From Xylographa opegraphella (Eukaryota), in NCBI GenBank assembly GCA_022813865.1, contig JALDZX010000032.1, positions 186,001 to 250,000 of the forward strand: a stretch of DNA of 64,000 bases, in the 5' to 3' direction. The translations under genes and the position numbers were made by a program. The number at the start of each line of letters is the position of its first letter. Positions within the stretch are counted from its first letter, which is position 1. Below are positions 1 through 12,565 of the stretch, one piece after another. The notes under the pieces were generated by a model. It saw only the letters and a program-made list of their open reading frames with translations, did no database searches and was not told the DNA's origin.

Positions 1-1304
1 CCAGGACTGGTTTTTTTGCTTCATCTGCCAACATGCATTGTTCGGGGGAGTGGTATGGTCAAATGATGTTATGGTAGGATGTAAGGACCATCTCATTTGC
101 GGTTACTTGCCCATGAAGTCAGAGCTCTCTGTAGCTACTGTTCGAGGCGTGGAGATCTATTCCGAGCAAGGGAAGTTTGCTGAATTCTCATTGAGATATC
201 AGTGGAGGGAGCGAGTGGGGGGGTTGACTTAGGTTGTAATTGTTTTAGACGACGACTACGAAAGAGATTATCATTCGTGTGGCCCAGGCTTGCAGTGGCC
301 ACTTTTGGACTCCTCTTTTTGAGTAGTAGACTTTGAGATCTTGTCTGTTTTCCTTGCTTGAGTCGGGGATTTTTGGCTACCTCACGGAATTGGAGAGTGT
401 TTCGGGTCGATGGATATGCTATAACGAGGATTGAGGCCGCGATGACGAGGTAATGTTTGAACACAGGCCTGAGAGAATTCCTACACTGGGTTTATTGAGA
501 ATACACCGTCGAACGTCGACCGGTATGCGCGAGATCATTGCACGTCGAGGTGGTGTGATCTATAAGCTTGACTGTATGGCTCGTAACAAACAGCTATGGT
601 CGACCTGGTTGTCGTGTCCTGCTTTGCTGTGATACCTTGGAGATATTGAGGTTGACTTTTCGGGTTTTGATATGCGATAATACTCGGTTCTGAGCTATAA
701 TAGCTATGGTGGACAAGTACGGATCTTGGGGCTTCTCATGGGTCTCCTTGGTGCTTTCTTTACCTGTGGAATTAGAGTTCAATGAAGGGGTGGCACCCCG
801 GTTCTTCTTTTGCGTGGACACGAGCACTATCACATTCTGCGAGTTAGGGGTTACCCAGAGCTCGGTGAACCCCATGGAACTAAAAGACTCATTGAGAGGA
901 GTTACATACGAACGAAAAGAGTGGTAAAAGAAGCTCCATCAAACCTCTAATACTCGGTACGCTTCATCATACGGGATTTCGCTGATATGGAACACGAAAC
1001 GAGTGGGAGCTCTTCGATCAGAGTGATACAAGCATGTCCACGGAAGAAATAGCACCGTACGGAAGGGTACCGAGAAGCACGTTAGGGGTAAGCCTGCACA
1101 GGCAAGCATCCGAGGCTCAGAGGCGTTGCATTGGCGTTTGTTGACGGTGTTGGCAACCGCGCTTCGAATCTTCTGAAATTGTTTATTTGTGATTCACTGT
1201 GTGCGTGTCAACGGGGATTGATATCACTACTCCGTGTCAAGCTTTTGTACGCGTTGGGAACTCTGCTTTGACTACAGTTCTTTCGCTATAAAACAAGTCG
1301 TCGG

Positions 1305-1356
1305 AACAGGTCTTTACAACAGGTCTTTAAAGCAAGTCTTTAAAACAAGTCTTTCA
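1305..1356 (+). repeat. Four tandem 13-nt imperfect repeats (AACAGGTCTTTAC-like) in a probable 5' UTR
   Basis: aacaggtctttac/aacaggtctttaa/agcaagtctttaa/aacaagtctttca lie between TATAAAA (1287-1293) and the ATG at 1371. Confidence 0.85.
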
Positions 1357-1370
1357 AAGACGCCACCAAC

Positions 1371-3015
1371 ATGAATGCTCTACAGATTCGCAACCTCAAC
1401 TACACTTGCGGAGGCACTCTTAAGATCAGCATGCAAGAATTAAGAAATGATCCGAACTCTTCTTCTGCCAACCAAGCTGCAACGCACCCGCCGATTGTAA
1501 TTCGTTGGGACTGTGAGAATGGTACCCACAAGACTCAATTCCCTGCCCCCATCAACACCAATGAGAACAACACCGATGATCCACTGTGCTCCACTACTAC
1601 AGACCTCGTTGAGGAATGCACACCAACTACATTCGGATCTGCCGGTGAAGATGCTATAAATGAGCCATACTGGAAGGCAGTGGAGTTAGACAGTACGCGA
1701 TTCTCAACCAATTTCAGCCCTCACGACAGCGGTATCATAGCTGCGATCTCCCAAGTGTTGCTTCCGAGCTTCGTTAGACCCGGACAACCGCCACGCGGCT
1801 TCTGTCCGCAGCCTGATCTACGAACAGGCTATGCCTGTGTAGATCATTCAAGCCTTTCTGCCGAGCTTGACAAGTTCAATATCAATCCGGCGCCGTCTGG
1901 CAAGTGCAGAGCCCGGGTGGACACATTAAAGGGGCGGAATCAGTTTGGATTGCTCGTTGTTTGTTTGCCCTCCGCCCATCAAGGTAATGACTTATAAAAC
2001 GACCTGCGATTAAAAACGAGCTTAATAATCCATCTTAGGCGGTGAACTACAAGTTCGACACCTTGGAGACCAGATCTCCTACCATTGGAGCAACGATAAT
2101 GCGAGCACCATATCTTGGGCAGCTTTCTCCAGCGATTGTGAGTATGAGGTGTTTGAGGTCACCAGCGGGTATCGCGTGACTCTAACCTACAATCTCTACA
2201 TCCACGAGCATCTTGGTAGCGTGGTCCAGTCTTTCGCAAGTGCCGATCCGACCAAATATCCACTTTACAACAAGATAAATGAGCTGCTGCTCAATGAGGA
2301 CTGGCTGCCTGGAGGTATGTAGTGATCCGCAGTGCCCTTGTTTTCCCACTTTTTGTCTCCTATCCTGCTTACTCGAGAATACCACGGTACAGGCGGCGTC
2401 CTTGGATACTATTGCGAGCATCGCTACGCTCACACCAGCGAAGATATCGACTCTCGGCTTCCCTACGCTCTCAAGGGTCGTGATGCTCTCATATACGCCG
2501 TCTTTCGTCGAGGCTTCAGCTTGAGAGTCCACCTTCGACCCGTACTTGCTCCCGTCGAAGGCGACCCATGCTCCAGCAGCCACGTTCTTGAGAACCGAGT
2601 AGGAAGCGGGCTACATATGCTTCAGGTCACCAACGAAAAGCGCGGGGAAGATGGCTCGCTCGACGTAAGTCCCTTTGTCTCCAATGGCATTGACATATGG
2701 CTTGCTCTTCGTTGACAATTCGGCAGTATCTCGACGAAGCCTGGGAGCATGAAATTTGGCAGGATGTTACGTGGATCAACGGCGATTGGGAGGCGCCGGG
2801 CGAAGTTGCTGTCGTGTACCTTGCCGTAAGCCCCATCCGCCATGTCTAGAGAATGGGATCTGACCCCTTTCCAGCGTGGGGACCAGCCCGCGACAGCATG
2901 GCACTATAGCCATCTGGCCATGTTGATCGAGATCCCCCCGTCTGTAGCGTCTGAGTACTTCGCAGGAGAGATTCAAGTAGTGCAGAATGGAGGAGGCGAG
3001 GAGGTGCCCCAGTAA
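1371..3015 (+). CDS. Fungal 2OG-Fe(II) dioxygenase-like protein with substituted metal ligands (5 exons; possibly a pseudoenzyme or decaying gene)
   Basis: Spliced product reads AELDKFNINPAPSGKCRARVDTLKGRNQFGLLVVCLPSAHQ|GGELQVRH...ISWAAFSSDCEYEVFEVTSGYRVTLTYNLY...GGVLGYYCEHRYAHT...LPYALKGRD. This matches the family pattern HVDTPR...FGSLVVCLP...WAAFYSDCEHEV...GHRxTLTYNLY. Introns at 1984-2038, ~2315-2392, ~2665-2726, 2826-2874; stop TAA at 3013-3015. Confidence 0.8.
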
Positions 3016-3345
3016 TAGAGACGGCGTGGTGGAGGAGAGCGAGGGGGTAGATATGATCGGTATATAGTGGTAGAGCAGCGTATTTCGAGAGCTGGTGGTC
3101 ATGCTGTGATGGATGGAAAGATTAGATGTAGCGGATATAGTCGGGCTTCTTGCAAAGTCGCCCCGTCGAATTCAAGTCCAATATCCTATCTTAATTCCCG
3201 CAAGCCACCAATCCGCCCATCGTCATTCTCCGTCCCACACTTTCCAAACCCACCCACAATCCCAAAAGCAAAACATCCTCAAACCCCTTCCACCCTCAAC
3301 CGATCCTCCACCCCACCACCAAAAGAAACCATCTCACAACCCACC

Positions 3346-4406
3346 ATGCCCCCCCACCAGCGCACGCACTCCCGCCTCCTCATCCAGCGCCTCCTCATCC
3401 AGCGCCTCCTCTCCCTCCACCCCGGCACCTCGCCCTTCACGCTCATCCTCGACTCGCTCGAGCAAAGCGCCAAGCCGCTGCTGCAGGAATACATCCGCCG
3501 CGCCAACGTGCGTCCCCCCCCAACCTCCAATGCATCTCCACTAACCCCGCCCCCTCTTCTCCGCGAACAGGCCTCCCGCACCACAGTCATCTACATCACG
3601 CACAGCACGCTCTCCCCCCCGCCCGGGATCGACGTGCTGATCCCCTCGCGCCGCCAAGACGCCCCCGCTCTACAGGCCGCCATCGCGCGCGCCACTGCCT
3701 CCGCGGGCGGCCGTACGTCCCCCCGCTCCCCATCCCGCACCCCTCCCCAACTCACTAACCACGCATAGAAACCCTCCTCATCCTCCCCACCCTGCACCCG
3801 CACCTCACCCCCTCCCTCCCCACCTTCCTCTCCTCCCTCCTCACCCCCACCACCTCCCTCCTCGCCGTCCTGCACACCGACATCCCTACCCCCCCTTCCT
3901 CGCCCTACACGCCCGCCCCCCTCCCCCTCCTGCGCTACCTCGCCACCACGCTCATAACGCCACACTCGCTCCCGCACGCGCTTGCCCGCCGCGCCGCCGC
4001 CGCGCGCGCCCAGCCCGCACCGGCGTTCGGGCTCGCGGAGGAGGTCGACGGCGTGGTCGTCCCGCTCGGAGCGCACGATGCGCGCGGGCTGCTGCTGGAG
4101 GTGGAGTATAGGCGCCGGAGCGGGCGGGGGGTGGGGGGGTGGTTTTTCCTGGCGGAGGGGGGGGACGTGGGCGGGTTGGAGGAGTGGGGGGTTTGGAATG
4201 AGGGGGTGGAGGAGGGGGGGGGGGAAGGGGAAAGGGGGGAGGAGGGGACGTGGGAGGTGGGGTTGACGGCGAGGCAGCGCGCGGAGAGGGAGCTGGTCGT
4301 GTTGCCGTATACGGATGCGCAGCGGGAGGGGGGGGGGACGGGGGGGAGGATTTTGTATGATTTGGGGGTGGAGGATGATTTTGATGAGGAGGAGGATGAG
4401 ATTTGA
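3346..4406 (+). CDS. ELP5: Elongator complex subunit 5 (Elp5/Iki1), 3 exons
   Basis: N-terminal SPFTLILDSLEQSAKPLLQEYIRRA; middle PYTPAPLPLLRYLATT; C-terminal GLTARQRAERELVVLPYTDAQ...GGRILYDLGVEDDFDEEEDEI. Introns 3508-3570 and 3713-3768 keep the frame. Confidence 0.9.
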
Positions 4407-4555
4407 GGGGTGGTGGCTTTGGCTTCGTGCGAAGTCGACGTTCAGTGTAGCTGCCAGTGCAATATTATAGGAATCCAGCGCCAAGGTTTCTTTATTCTCC
4501 ACCTATTCGCCCCATTACCATACTATCCAAGAGATCCTCACCCCGCCATAGATAC

Positions 4556-6090
4556 CTATCCCAACCCCAAGCCCCCCCCGTTCACATCGGCCTCGTACCC
4601 GTCCTCGATGTCGACCGCGGCACTGACCTCGACAAAGTCCTCCAGTTCCTCGCTCACGGTCTTCAGCTTCTCCTTGACGCTAGCCACGGCCTCGAAGCCG
4701 ACGATGTGCCGCCCCGGCGGGTTCTCGTGCCCGCCCACCGCCACCAGCGCGTGGATCGTCTCCGCCAGCAGCGCGCTCTTCATCTCCGCCGGCAGGCTGG
4801 GGTGTGCGATCTCGATCTTCTCGGTGGAGTGGAGCGTCTGCGGGAGGTGGTCCGGAGGGATGGAGCCGGACGTGAAGGAGGATGATTCGTGCGGCGGGGA
4901 GGGAGGAGCGTGGGGGGAGAGGCGGTCGAGGAGGCCGCCGATGATGGAGCGCGAGAGCGGGGCGGGGTGGGCGAGGGGCGAGTAGGCGGGTAGGAGAGGC
5001 GCGGAGGAGACTTTGTTGGTGAGGACGTTGATCTCGAGGTTCGGTTGGAGGATGGTCATTTTGATGTTGAACGGGGCGATTTCGTAGGCCAGGCTCTGTG
5101 GTCGGACACGGGATGATCAGAATCAACGTCGTCCGCATGGAATGGATACAGATCTCTGCAGAAATGGAGAGGGTTCGTGAAAAGGACAGCGCGGCCGTAC
5201 ATCACAAAACCCCTCCAGCGCCCACCCCGACGCACAGTATATCCCCAACCCGGGCGTCCCCAGATGGCTCGCTGGAGGACAAAATCAGCGCCCAGTAACC
5301 CCCATAGCACGGAGCAAAGGAGCGACTCCTACTGATACCTGTCAAAACGATGATATGCCCCGCTCTCTTCTCCCGCATGGCCGGCAGCGCGGCTTTGATG
5401 ATGTTGACTGGGCTGAAGAAGTTGGTTTCGAACTGCTCGCGGATGAGGGTCAGGGTGCGAGGGCAGGCGGCGAGCTCTTCGACGGTGCCGATGACAGCTG
5501 GATCCCGCGTCAGCAAGTGGTGCGCAGAAGGGTCAACCGGGAATGGTGGAGAAGGAAGAACCTTCGCTGCTGCAGCAGAAAAGGATGTCTATCTTGCCGA
5601 AAGCCTCGACCGCTTGGGCGACTGCCGCTTGACATTGGCCGATGATGCTGCTCTCCACGTATCGAGTCAGCCATAATGTTCCTGAATGCTGCTCCCTCCT
5701 CCCTCACCAACCCTCCAACCACCCGGGGAGCAGGGACTCACACCTCCCATCCAAGCCCACAACCCTACACCTCGCCCTCCACCCCTCCAGCACATCCACC
5801 TCCTCCATCACGAAGCGCACAAACTCGTCCGCGCGCTCGCCGCCCGGCGCGGCGCCGAGGCCATTGCTGCCGGCGAAGAGGGTCTTGTGCCCATTGGCGA
5901 GCGCCCGGGCGCGCGCCACGAGCGCGAGCTCCGCCGGCTCGACGCAGAGGACGGTGTCGTCGCCGTGGGCGAGCACGGCGCGCGCGACGGCGATGCCGAG
6001 CGCGGAGGAGGCGGCGGTGAGGAACCAGGTGCGCGGGTGGGGGTGCGAGGGGAATTGGAGAGGGGGGAGGGGTGGGGAGGGGGCCGTCAT
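4556..6090 (-). CDS. Atypical short-chain dehydrogenase/reductase (SDR), multi-exon
   Basis: RTWFLTAASSALGIAVARAVL (Rossmann start), FGKIDILFCCS, QFETNFFSPVNIIKAALPAMREKRAGHII, HLGTPGLGIYCASGWALEGFCD|SLAYEIAPFNIKMTILQP. Confidence 0.85.
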
Positions 6091-7833
6091 TGCGGATGGG
6101 GAGAATGGCTGCGTGGTGGGAGCATTGTGTGGGTGGGTGTTGGGGGCAAGGTGGGTGGATATGTGGATGGGGGAGGGGGTGGAGAAGGTTCGTGTGGGGA
6201 CGGGAGGTGGACCGCTTTACCATGGGACGGCCGAATTCAACACGAAGGCTGCTCGAAAGTTAATCGGGCCATCTTGAGCCTTGTCGATTCGTTGAATGTT
6301 CTTATGATTAGAACATTTACGATGTCTATATGAAGGCTTCTATCGAGTCATAACTCCAGTAATGCTTCTTCGTTAACCCTAACCCTACTATGTATGACTC
6401 GGCACGACTACCACTACAACTACCACTACCAAATGACAACCTCTCATATCCTTCTTTCGCATACTTCATTTCGTCATTACATCAGGTCTCAAGAAGAGAG
6501 TGTATAACTCCTTATCCAGCCAAATCCAAAAATCAAATTATTAGAATGCAAATATCTGCTTGCCCATCCAGTTCTTCAACCAAAACACTGAGAAGCACAC
6601 GACCAACTGAAACCCCTCGTCACACAATCCTCATCCACCCTCAACCATTTGAAGAGGCGTCCCAGCTAAGCGCCGACAACCCCGGTCCTCATCCGCCACC
6701 TCCAGTGTTCACTACCGCAGTCCCGAGCCCCCTCTGCTTCCCATTTCAAGACAAATCCCTCCATCCTTTCTCCTTCCCACAGACCGTCTACGATCTGCTC
6801 TTGTAGTCCCCTCCCTCCATAACCCCTTCTCCTCCTCCTCCTACCATCAGGCCCCAAACCTCCCAGAATCCCCGTCTACCCTAAAGCCTCCCCGAACTCC
6901 CCGCTCGTGTCCACCACTCCCAAAGTACCAAAGCCAGCTGCAGGATCGACCATCTCCACGTGTCGTTGTTCGGCTTGGGAGGACATCCGCCACGACCGTT
7001 TATCGAGTATCGTTGAGACGGAGCGCGCTCGGCATGGCCCTCTGTGGATCAGGATGTCCTTACCAGCGGCAGATAGAGCTCGGAAGGGAGGGCTCGCTGC
7101 TGCGGCTTCTGGAAATGGTGGGTTGCTTGAGATAGGTCTCCCTGTTACTTCGTCTCTATATCCTCTCAATAGTTCCAAGTCGTCCCACTCAGTAAGCGTA
7201 ATAGCCGTCTAGAAAGGATTCTTCATCTGACGGCCATCCCACCGATGCGTCGTGGTCCGATATTCTTTTGGCGAAGCGCATCAGCTCTTTGCTGTCAAAG
7301 CCGATAGGAGATCCGGACAAGTTTTTCTTACTCCCAGGAACGAGATGATCGAGCCTTTTTCCCCAGACTCTAATTGATTTCCCCCCCGTCGAATGGCGTG
7401 TAGTAAAGAATGCAACGAATAATGTGATTTGATTGCCTGCTCCATCTGTTCCACCAAAAACCCCACCAGTACCACCACACGTAAGACCAAGGACAGAACC
7501 CTCAACATCAACCACAACACCCCCAACATTCAGCATTCAACATTCACAATTCCGCCCCCACCATGCGCCTCACGCGAACCCCACGACAAGACCTCCGCCC
7601 CATCCCATGCCATCCCATAACACGATCTGCACCAACCCCTCCACTCGGAATGCAGAGAAAGGCAGTCTCACAAGCAGGTCAGTACAACACGACCGACTCG
7701 AGCATGCACCTTGCCGCGAACATTGACCTATCCAAGAACCAGTCCTTCTATAGCTCGTAGAAATGATCAGGCGGCAAACGTTCGTCCATCGCGTCCAGAG
7801 GTGGCATAAATGAATGCCCAAATGACCACCTCG

Positions 7834-7884
7834 CGAGAAGGCACCACTCATGAGAAGGCACCACTCACGAGAAGGCACCACTCA
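7834..7884 (-). repeat. Three tandem 17-nt repeats starting at the MED6 stop codon
   Basis: (c/t)gagaaggcaccactca x3 on the + strand; the last copy contains the MED6 TGA (7882-7884). Confidence 0.9.
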
Positions 7885-9057
7885 TTTCTCCCCCCCACCC
7901 CCACCCACACCCACACCCGCCACCCGACTCTTCTTCCTCTTCTTCCCCGCCGTCCCCGGCGTCACCGGCGTCTTCTCCCCGGCCTTCCCTCTCCTCACCT
8001 CCAGCGGCAGCCCCTCCGTCTTGATCGGCGGCGGAATGGGCGCCTGAGCCGGCGTCGGCGTCGCCCCCGCTGCAACTACCGCCGGTTTCACCACCCCGGC
8101 ACCCTTGCCCGCCACCTGCGCCTGCGCAGCCGCGTCTCTCGACTTTTGCAGGATGAACGAGCCCGGCTCGCCGACGAGGGGGTTCTCGTCCATGTACTCG
8201 GCGCCGTACGTGGTCGAGAGGAGGAAGGAGTCGGCGAGCAGGCTGGAGGCGCGGACGTCCGGGACGGTGGAGGGCGCGTCCGAGAGCTGGGACGCCTTGG
8301 TGCTGCGGAGGGAGAGCTGCGTGTCTGGGAGGGGGCTGCTGTCCTTGCTGGTCTGCGTTGCTTGCAGGCTGCTGGTCGCCGTAGATACGGGCTTCGCCAC
8401 GGGGGGAAGGTAGGCGTAGCCGAGCGAGGGGGTGAAGACGGGCAGGGCGGACGCGGTGGCAAGGAATTTCGTCAGCGCCGTCACGGTAGATAGCTACCGC
8501 CCATTAACACCTCCCGCCGCACAACATATCCCCCACCCAGCGTAGCATCCAACTCACCAGCCGCCCCCCCAGGATATTCCCTACCGACGGGGCCATATAC
8601 ACGCTCTCCCCAACCACAAAGTAGGCGCTCAAGGGGGCAATCTCGTCCTCCAGCCCCGGCCTCTTCCGCCGAACCTGCTTCCGGACAACCCACACCCCGC
8701 TATTCTGCACATTCCGGCCCCCATCCGACGGGTCGTGCGTGACCATGAACTCCAGGCCCGCCATCGTCCGCAGCCGGCTCTCGAACGCCTCCCGCGTCGC
8801 GACGATGTGGATCATGCTGGGGTTGTACTGCGCCTGGCTCGAGAGGATGGCGTTGTTGGACGTGCGGTCGAAGTAGGGCGATTCGTAGAAGTAGGGCAGG
8901 ACTGGGGGTAGGGGGGGGGGTTGTTAGATATGTGCGTTATTGTTTGGGGGGGGGAGAGGACTTTACCGGTGTTCGTGTGGATGCCACCCATGTTTTGGGC
9001 TATGGGGGACGACCGCCATTGGATTTCGTCGAGCAGGGGCTCCTCGACGGTGGTCAT
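7882..9057 (-). CDS. MED6: Mediator subunit 6, 3 exons
   Basis: PLLDEIQWRSS...IHTNT|VLPYFYESPYFDRTSNNA...LRTMAGLEFMV...WVVRKQ...YFVVGESVYMAPSV...YMDENPLVGEPGSF. Confidence 0.93.
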
Positions 9058-9489
9058 GCTCCCGAATTGTGGCGTTGAGTACAAGCCAGCATTCGAGTCT
9101 CAGCGGCAGTGGATCATGAACCTGTCGCTTCCGAATGTATTCCCAAGTCGTGTGAGCAATGATGTTAGATAGGGCTGATCCATTACCTACCCGGTGTTGA
9201 AAGGCCGCCTACCTTGCACTTAAAACATAGTCTGAGAAGCACTCGAGCACTGTAATTGCAGCACAACATCAATATGCCACAGGAATGCAGATATAATCCA
9301 TAAATCATGGAACCGTTATCCATTACCAAACAACACGATATCCAAATAACCAGTGTAGCATGCACGTTGACCGGACCCCATCCTCCAATATCGCCAAGTG
9401 CCCAAATTCCGCCCAAAGTGCCAAATATACACCCCCTGAACCCTTCTTTCCGGAAAAACACCGCAGCACACTCCACCCCTACCATTTCA

Positions 9490-11005
9490 TTACCCATACC
9501 TTCCATGTTCCAGCTCGTGAGGGCCGTTAAAGCGCGGGCCCATACCGACGCCCTCCACCCCCATCTCATAGATCCCATCGTGCGCTTGATATTGACGTTC
9601 GTTATGATCCAGCTCATGGCTCCGCTGTCCGTCCCCATTCAGCGGGGGACTGACGGCTTCGACTTCATCTACATGATGCAGCGGCGCTCCTTTGTATATG
9701 TCGCCGTCCACCTCGCTGATGCTTGGGTGCTGCGCATATGGACTATGCGTGGATTGCGATGACACGGTTGCCGCGCTGAAGCGGGTCTTGACTGGGGACT
9801 GTTCAGAGCCGATTGGCGTTCGGTTTACGGACGAAAATGGGGGAGGTGCGTCGAAGGCCTTGCCACCTCCGTAAGTTGACGTTTCTGTGAGCCCCTGATC
9901 TTGCTGGGGAACCGAGGCGTATGGACCGCTGGCTCTTGGCTTCTCGATCGGAGGGAAGTGGTGCTCCACCGGAAGAGGTTGGCCGCGAGGGCGTCGTGTC
10001 CGGTTTCGTCGCTTGATACAACAGAAGGCAACTAGGCCGGCGATAAGGAGGAGAACAGCTCCACCGCCTCCGACAGCGATGCCAATGATGGCTCCCATGG
10101 AAAGACCACTTTGAGATGTTGCGACGGTCGAAGGTGTAGGGCTTGCGGAAGTGGTTTCTGGAGAAGGGCTACTCTGACTTGCGGATGCCCCAGGAGTGCT
10201 ATGAGCCGAACTTTGAGCCGAACTTTGAGCCGTGTCGGTGGTTCCACTGGCAGCAGCAGAGACGGTGACCGTGGCCATCACGGTCATCAACGTCGGAAGC
10301 GTCTCGGTAGGAGCGGTGATTGTGACTGGTCCAGCTGTATCGGCCAAAGTTTGCCCTCGCGAAGCGTAGTAGTCGGCCAAGAACTCTACAGTAAAAGTTT
10401 GATCCGGTAAAGACTGGCAGTCGTAGAGGCGAGTGCCCGAGTCGAAGTTGTAAGTGCCACACCACGGAGTGTCGGAATTGTAACTACGGCAATTGTCAGC
10501 CATTGACGGGTATTCGGTATCCAGAAGACACTACCATTTCAAGATATTGTAGTTTGCCTGACAATCCGCGTCACAGAGGTTATAAATCTGGGAACAGGTT
10601 GTGAAGAGATTGGTGCAGAGAGAAATGGGTCCAGCATCGCAGCATCCAAGGACCGCTCCCGAATAGACGCAAGTCAAAGATGCCGCACATGATAGAGGGT
10701 CAGCTGCAGAAGCTGTTAGTGGAAGCTCGTGGCTGTCGTTCGGATCAGGGTGGGGACGACATACTTCCCGCACCATCTACAAATCCACACCAATTGTTCG
10801 GTGGCGGAAAAGGCACTTCGCCCTGGCGCACGAGCAGTTCCTTCGGGATGCCATTGAGACCCGGAGCTTCTGTGGGCCGTAGCGAGATGCCTATCTGTGC
10901 CATGAGGCCCGTCGGTGTTGGGTCTGGGCCAAGCCATGGTGTAGCCAGGACTCGGTGGCTCAACGCGAGGATGGCGCTCAATACAAAAATATGCTGGTTC
11001 TTCAT
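9490..11005 (-). CDS. Single-pass type I membrane protein: signal peptide, Cys-rich ectodomain, Ser/Thr stalk, one TM helix, cytosolic tail (cell-surface sensor-like)
   Basis: MKNQHIFVLSAILALSHRVLA signal; WCGFVDG|...SCAASLTC...GCC...C...TTC...CDADC...LKC|...WCGTY...YDC; S/T-rich stalk; TM GAIIGIAVGGGGAVLLLIAGLVAFCCI followed by KRRNR. Confidence 0.8.
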
Positions 11006-11973
11006 GCTCGGCTGGTTCGGATCGAGGCCTGTGGCGAATGGTAGAGTATTGACGATTGACTGGCAGTCCAATTGTGAACCGTATAGCTTGTCGTCCTGCT
11101 CACACGCGTAGCAATGACTGCCTCTCAGCAAGACTCTCGATAGAACGACGGCGAGAGGCACCGTGATGACTGCGCCTTGTCACTGGTATCCACCGTATAG
11201 CTAGAGCGAGAGGATGAGAAAAGAGAGAGCGGAGGGGCGGAGGACAGCCTCGCGGAAGAGGGAGGGCGCCCTTTCGTCCTCGCACCGACACCATGGCGAA
11301 TCTCAGCCTCATGCACCTGGTGCTTTGGAACGGAATCCACGTGCAGGGAGCCAGACCCATTCGGCAAACGCTCACGACGTCGCATTGGTGGAAAGTCGGA
11401 GGAGATTGCAAGGCCTCGACTGGGATGGAGCGGGAGAGGTCGAATCAATAGCAACGCTAGCCGAAATCAATCTGCGTGACGGTGTAGCGATGTAACGCTA
11501 ATACAAGCGAGCACGATAACTTACCTTAGTACAGCTGGGCTTGAGTACTTTAGGCTTAGTTCATGGTGCTAGTCACGTCTGGACTGTCGCTTCGGCTGGG
11601 AGATCGCCAGATATAAAGACGGGGTGAATGACATGCGAGCTCGAGTATTGCACGGAGTACCTTGCCAAAGCTATATGATCTCGGGGCTCGAGTCTTATTT
11701 GATATGCTTGATTGATCATCCAATGCAATTGTCATCGAGATACGTGGCACGTAGAGTGAAAAAATCCAGGATACCCTTAGAGCATGCAGATGATTTAGGG
11801 CATTAAAGGAACGGCTTCTGTGCGCATTTTAAGCACACGCTGGTATCAATTGAATGATCTATAGCATGCTACTCTAGTACGAGCAAGTCTATACTTCTAC
11901 CACCTCGATCTGAGTCCAACTTCTGCTCAACAGCCACAAGCAACACCAAACCCCACCTCCAGCACTCCCCACC

Positions 11974-12565
11974 TCACCCCGCCTCGCTCGTAGCCTCCAC
12001 CCCCTCCCCCTCCCCCAACCCCTCCACAAACGCCCTAAAATTCCCCTCCGCCGTCTCATGCATATTCCGCCTCACGCGCCCGGCCACCACGCGATTAACC
12101 TCCACCACCGCCTCCTCCACCAACACCCACCCGCCCTCTCTCTCCACCAACGTATGCGTCGCCCGACTCACCATCCCCATCGCCGCCCGCAGCACGTGCT
12201 TCAGCCCGCCGGCCGTGTTCTCGAAGCTCATCGTGTACGTCACGCTGCCGGCGGGCCAGATGGCCTCGGGCAGGAAGGTCATCTTGTCCGTGACCTCGTA
12301 CGTCGGCACGCCCGCCCCGTGGGCGTCCGTGTGCGCGCTCTTGTGGCCCGCGGGGAGGAGGCGGTGCGAGAGGACGCGCGAGTTGCGCAGGATCATGTAT
12401 ACGGGGTCGTGCAGGGCGGAGAGGGCGCGGGCGCGGGAGATGGAGGGCGGCAGGGCGGTTTCTTCGTGCGCGGTGAAGGTGGTGGTCGTCCCTTGGCGGA
12501 GAGAAGGTGGTTATTTTTAGTGACTGGAGTGGAGTTGTGGGGTACGGTAGCTTACAGGACGACAT
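11974..12565 (-). CDS. Small fungal protein, DUF7053/SRPBCC-like, 2 exons
   Basis: ATG TCG TCC T|intron|GG ACG... gives MSSWTTTTFTAHEETALPPSISRARALSALHDP...YEVTDKMTFLP...VTYTMSF...WVLVEEAVVEVN. Family assignment is from memory of the motif pattern. Confidence 0.65.

Noticed and set aside
1..1250. Short ORFs on both strands at the window start
   Set aside because: No recognisable domain, splice pattern or transposon hallmark.
1305..1356. Short repeat arrays (also 7834-7884) as CRISPR-like
   Set aside because: There are no spacers, no cas genes, and the context is eukaryotic.
3373..3411. 15-nt tandem duplication (RLLIQ twice) in ELP5
   Set aside because: Real, but an ordinary in-frame slippage in a variable N-terminus.
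3591..4985. Long antisense and alternative-frame ORFs over ELP5 and the SDR (also over MED6 and CWC21)
   Set aside because: Shadow ORFs caused by high GC content and few stop codons; their products are low-complexity.
6372..6388. Telomere-like TAACCCTAACCC and scattered AAACCCTA motifs
   Set aside because: At most two units each; too short to call an interstitial telomere.
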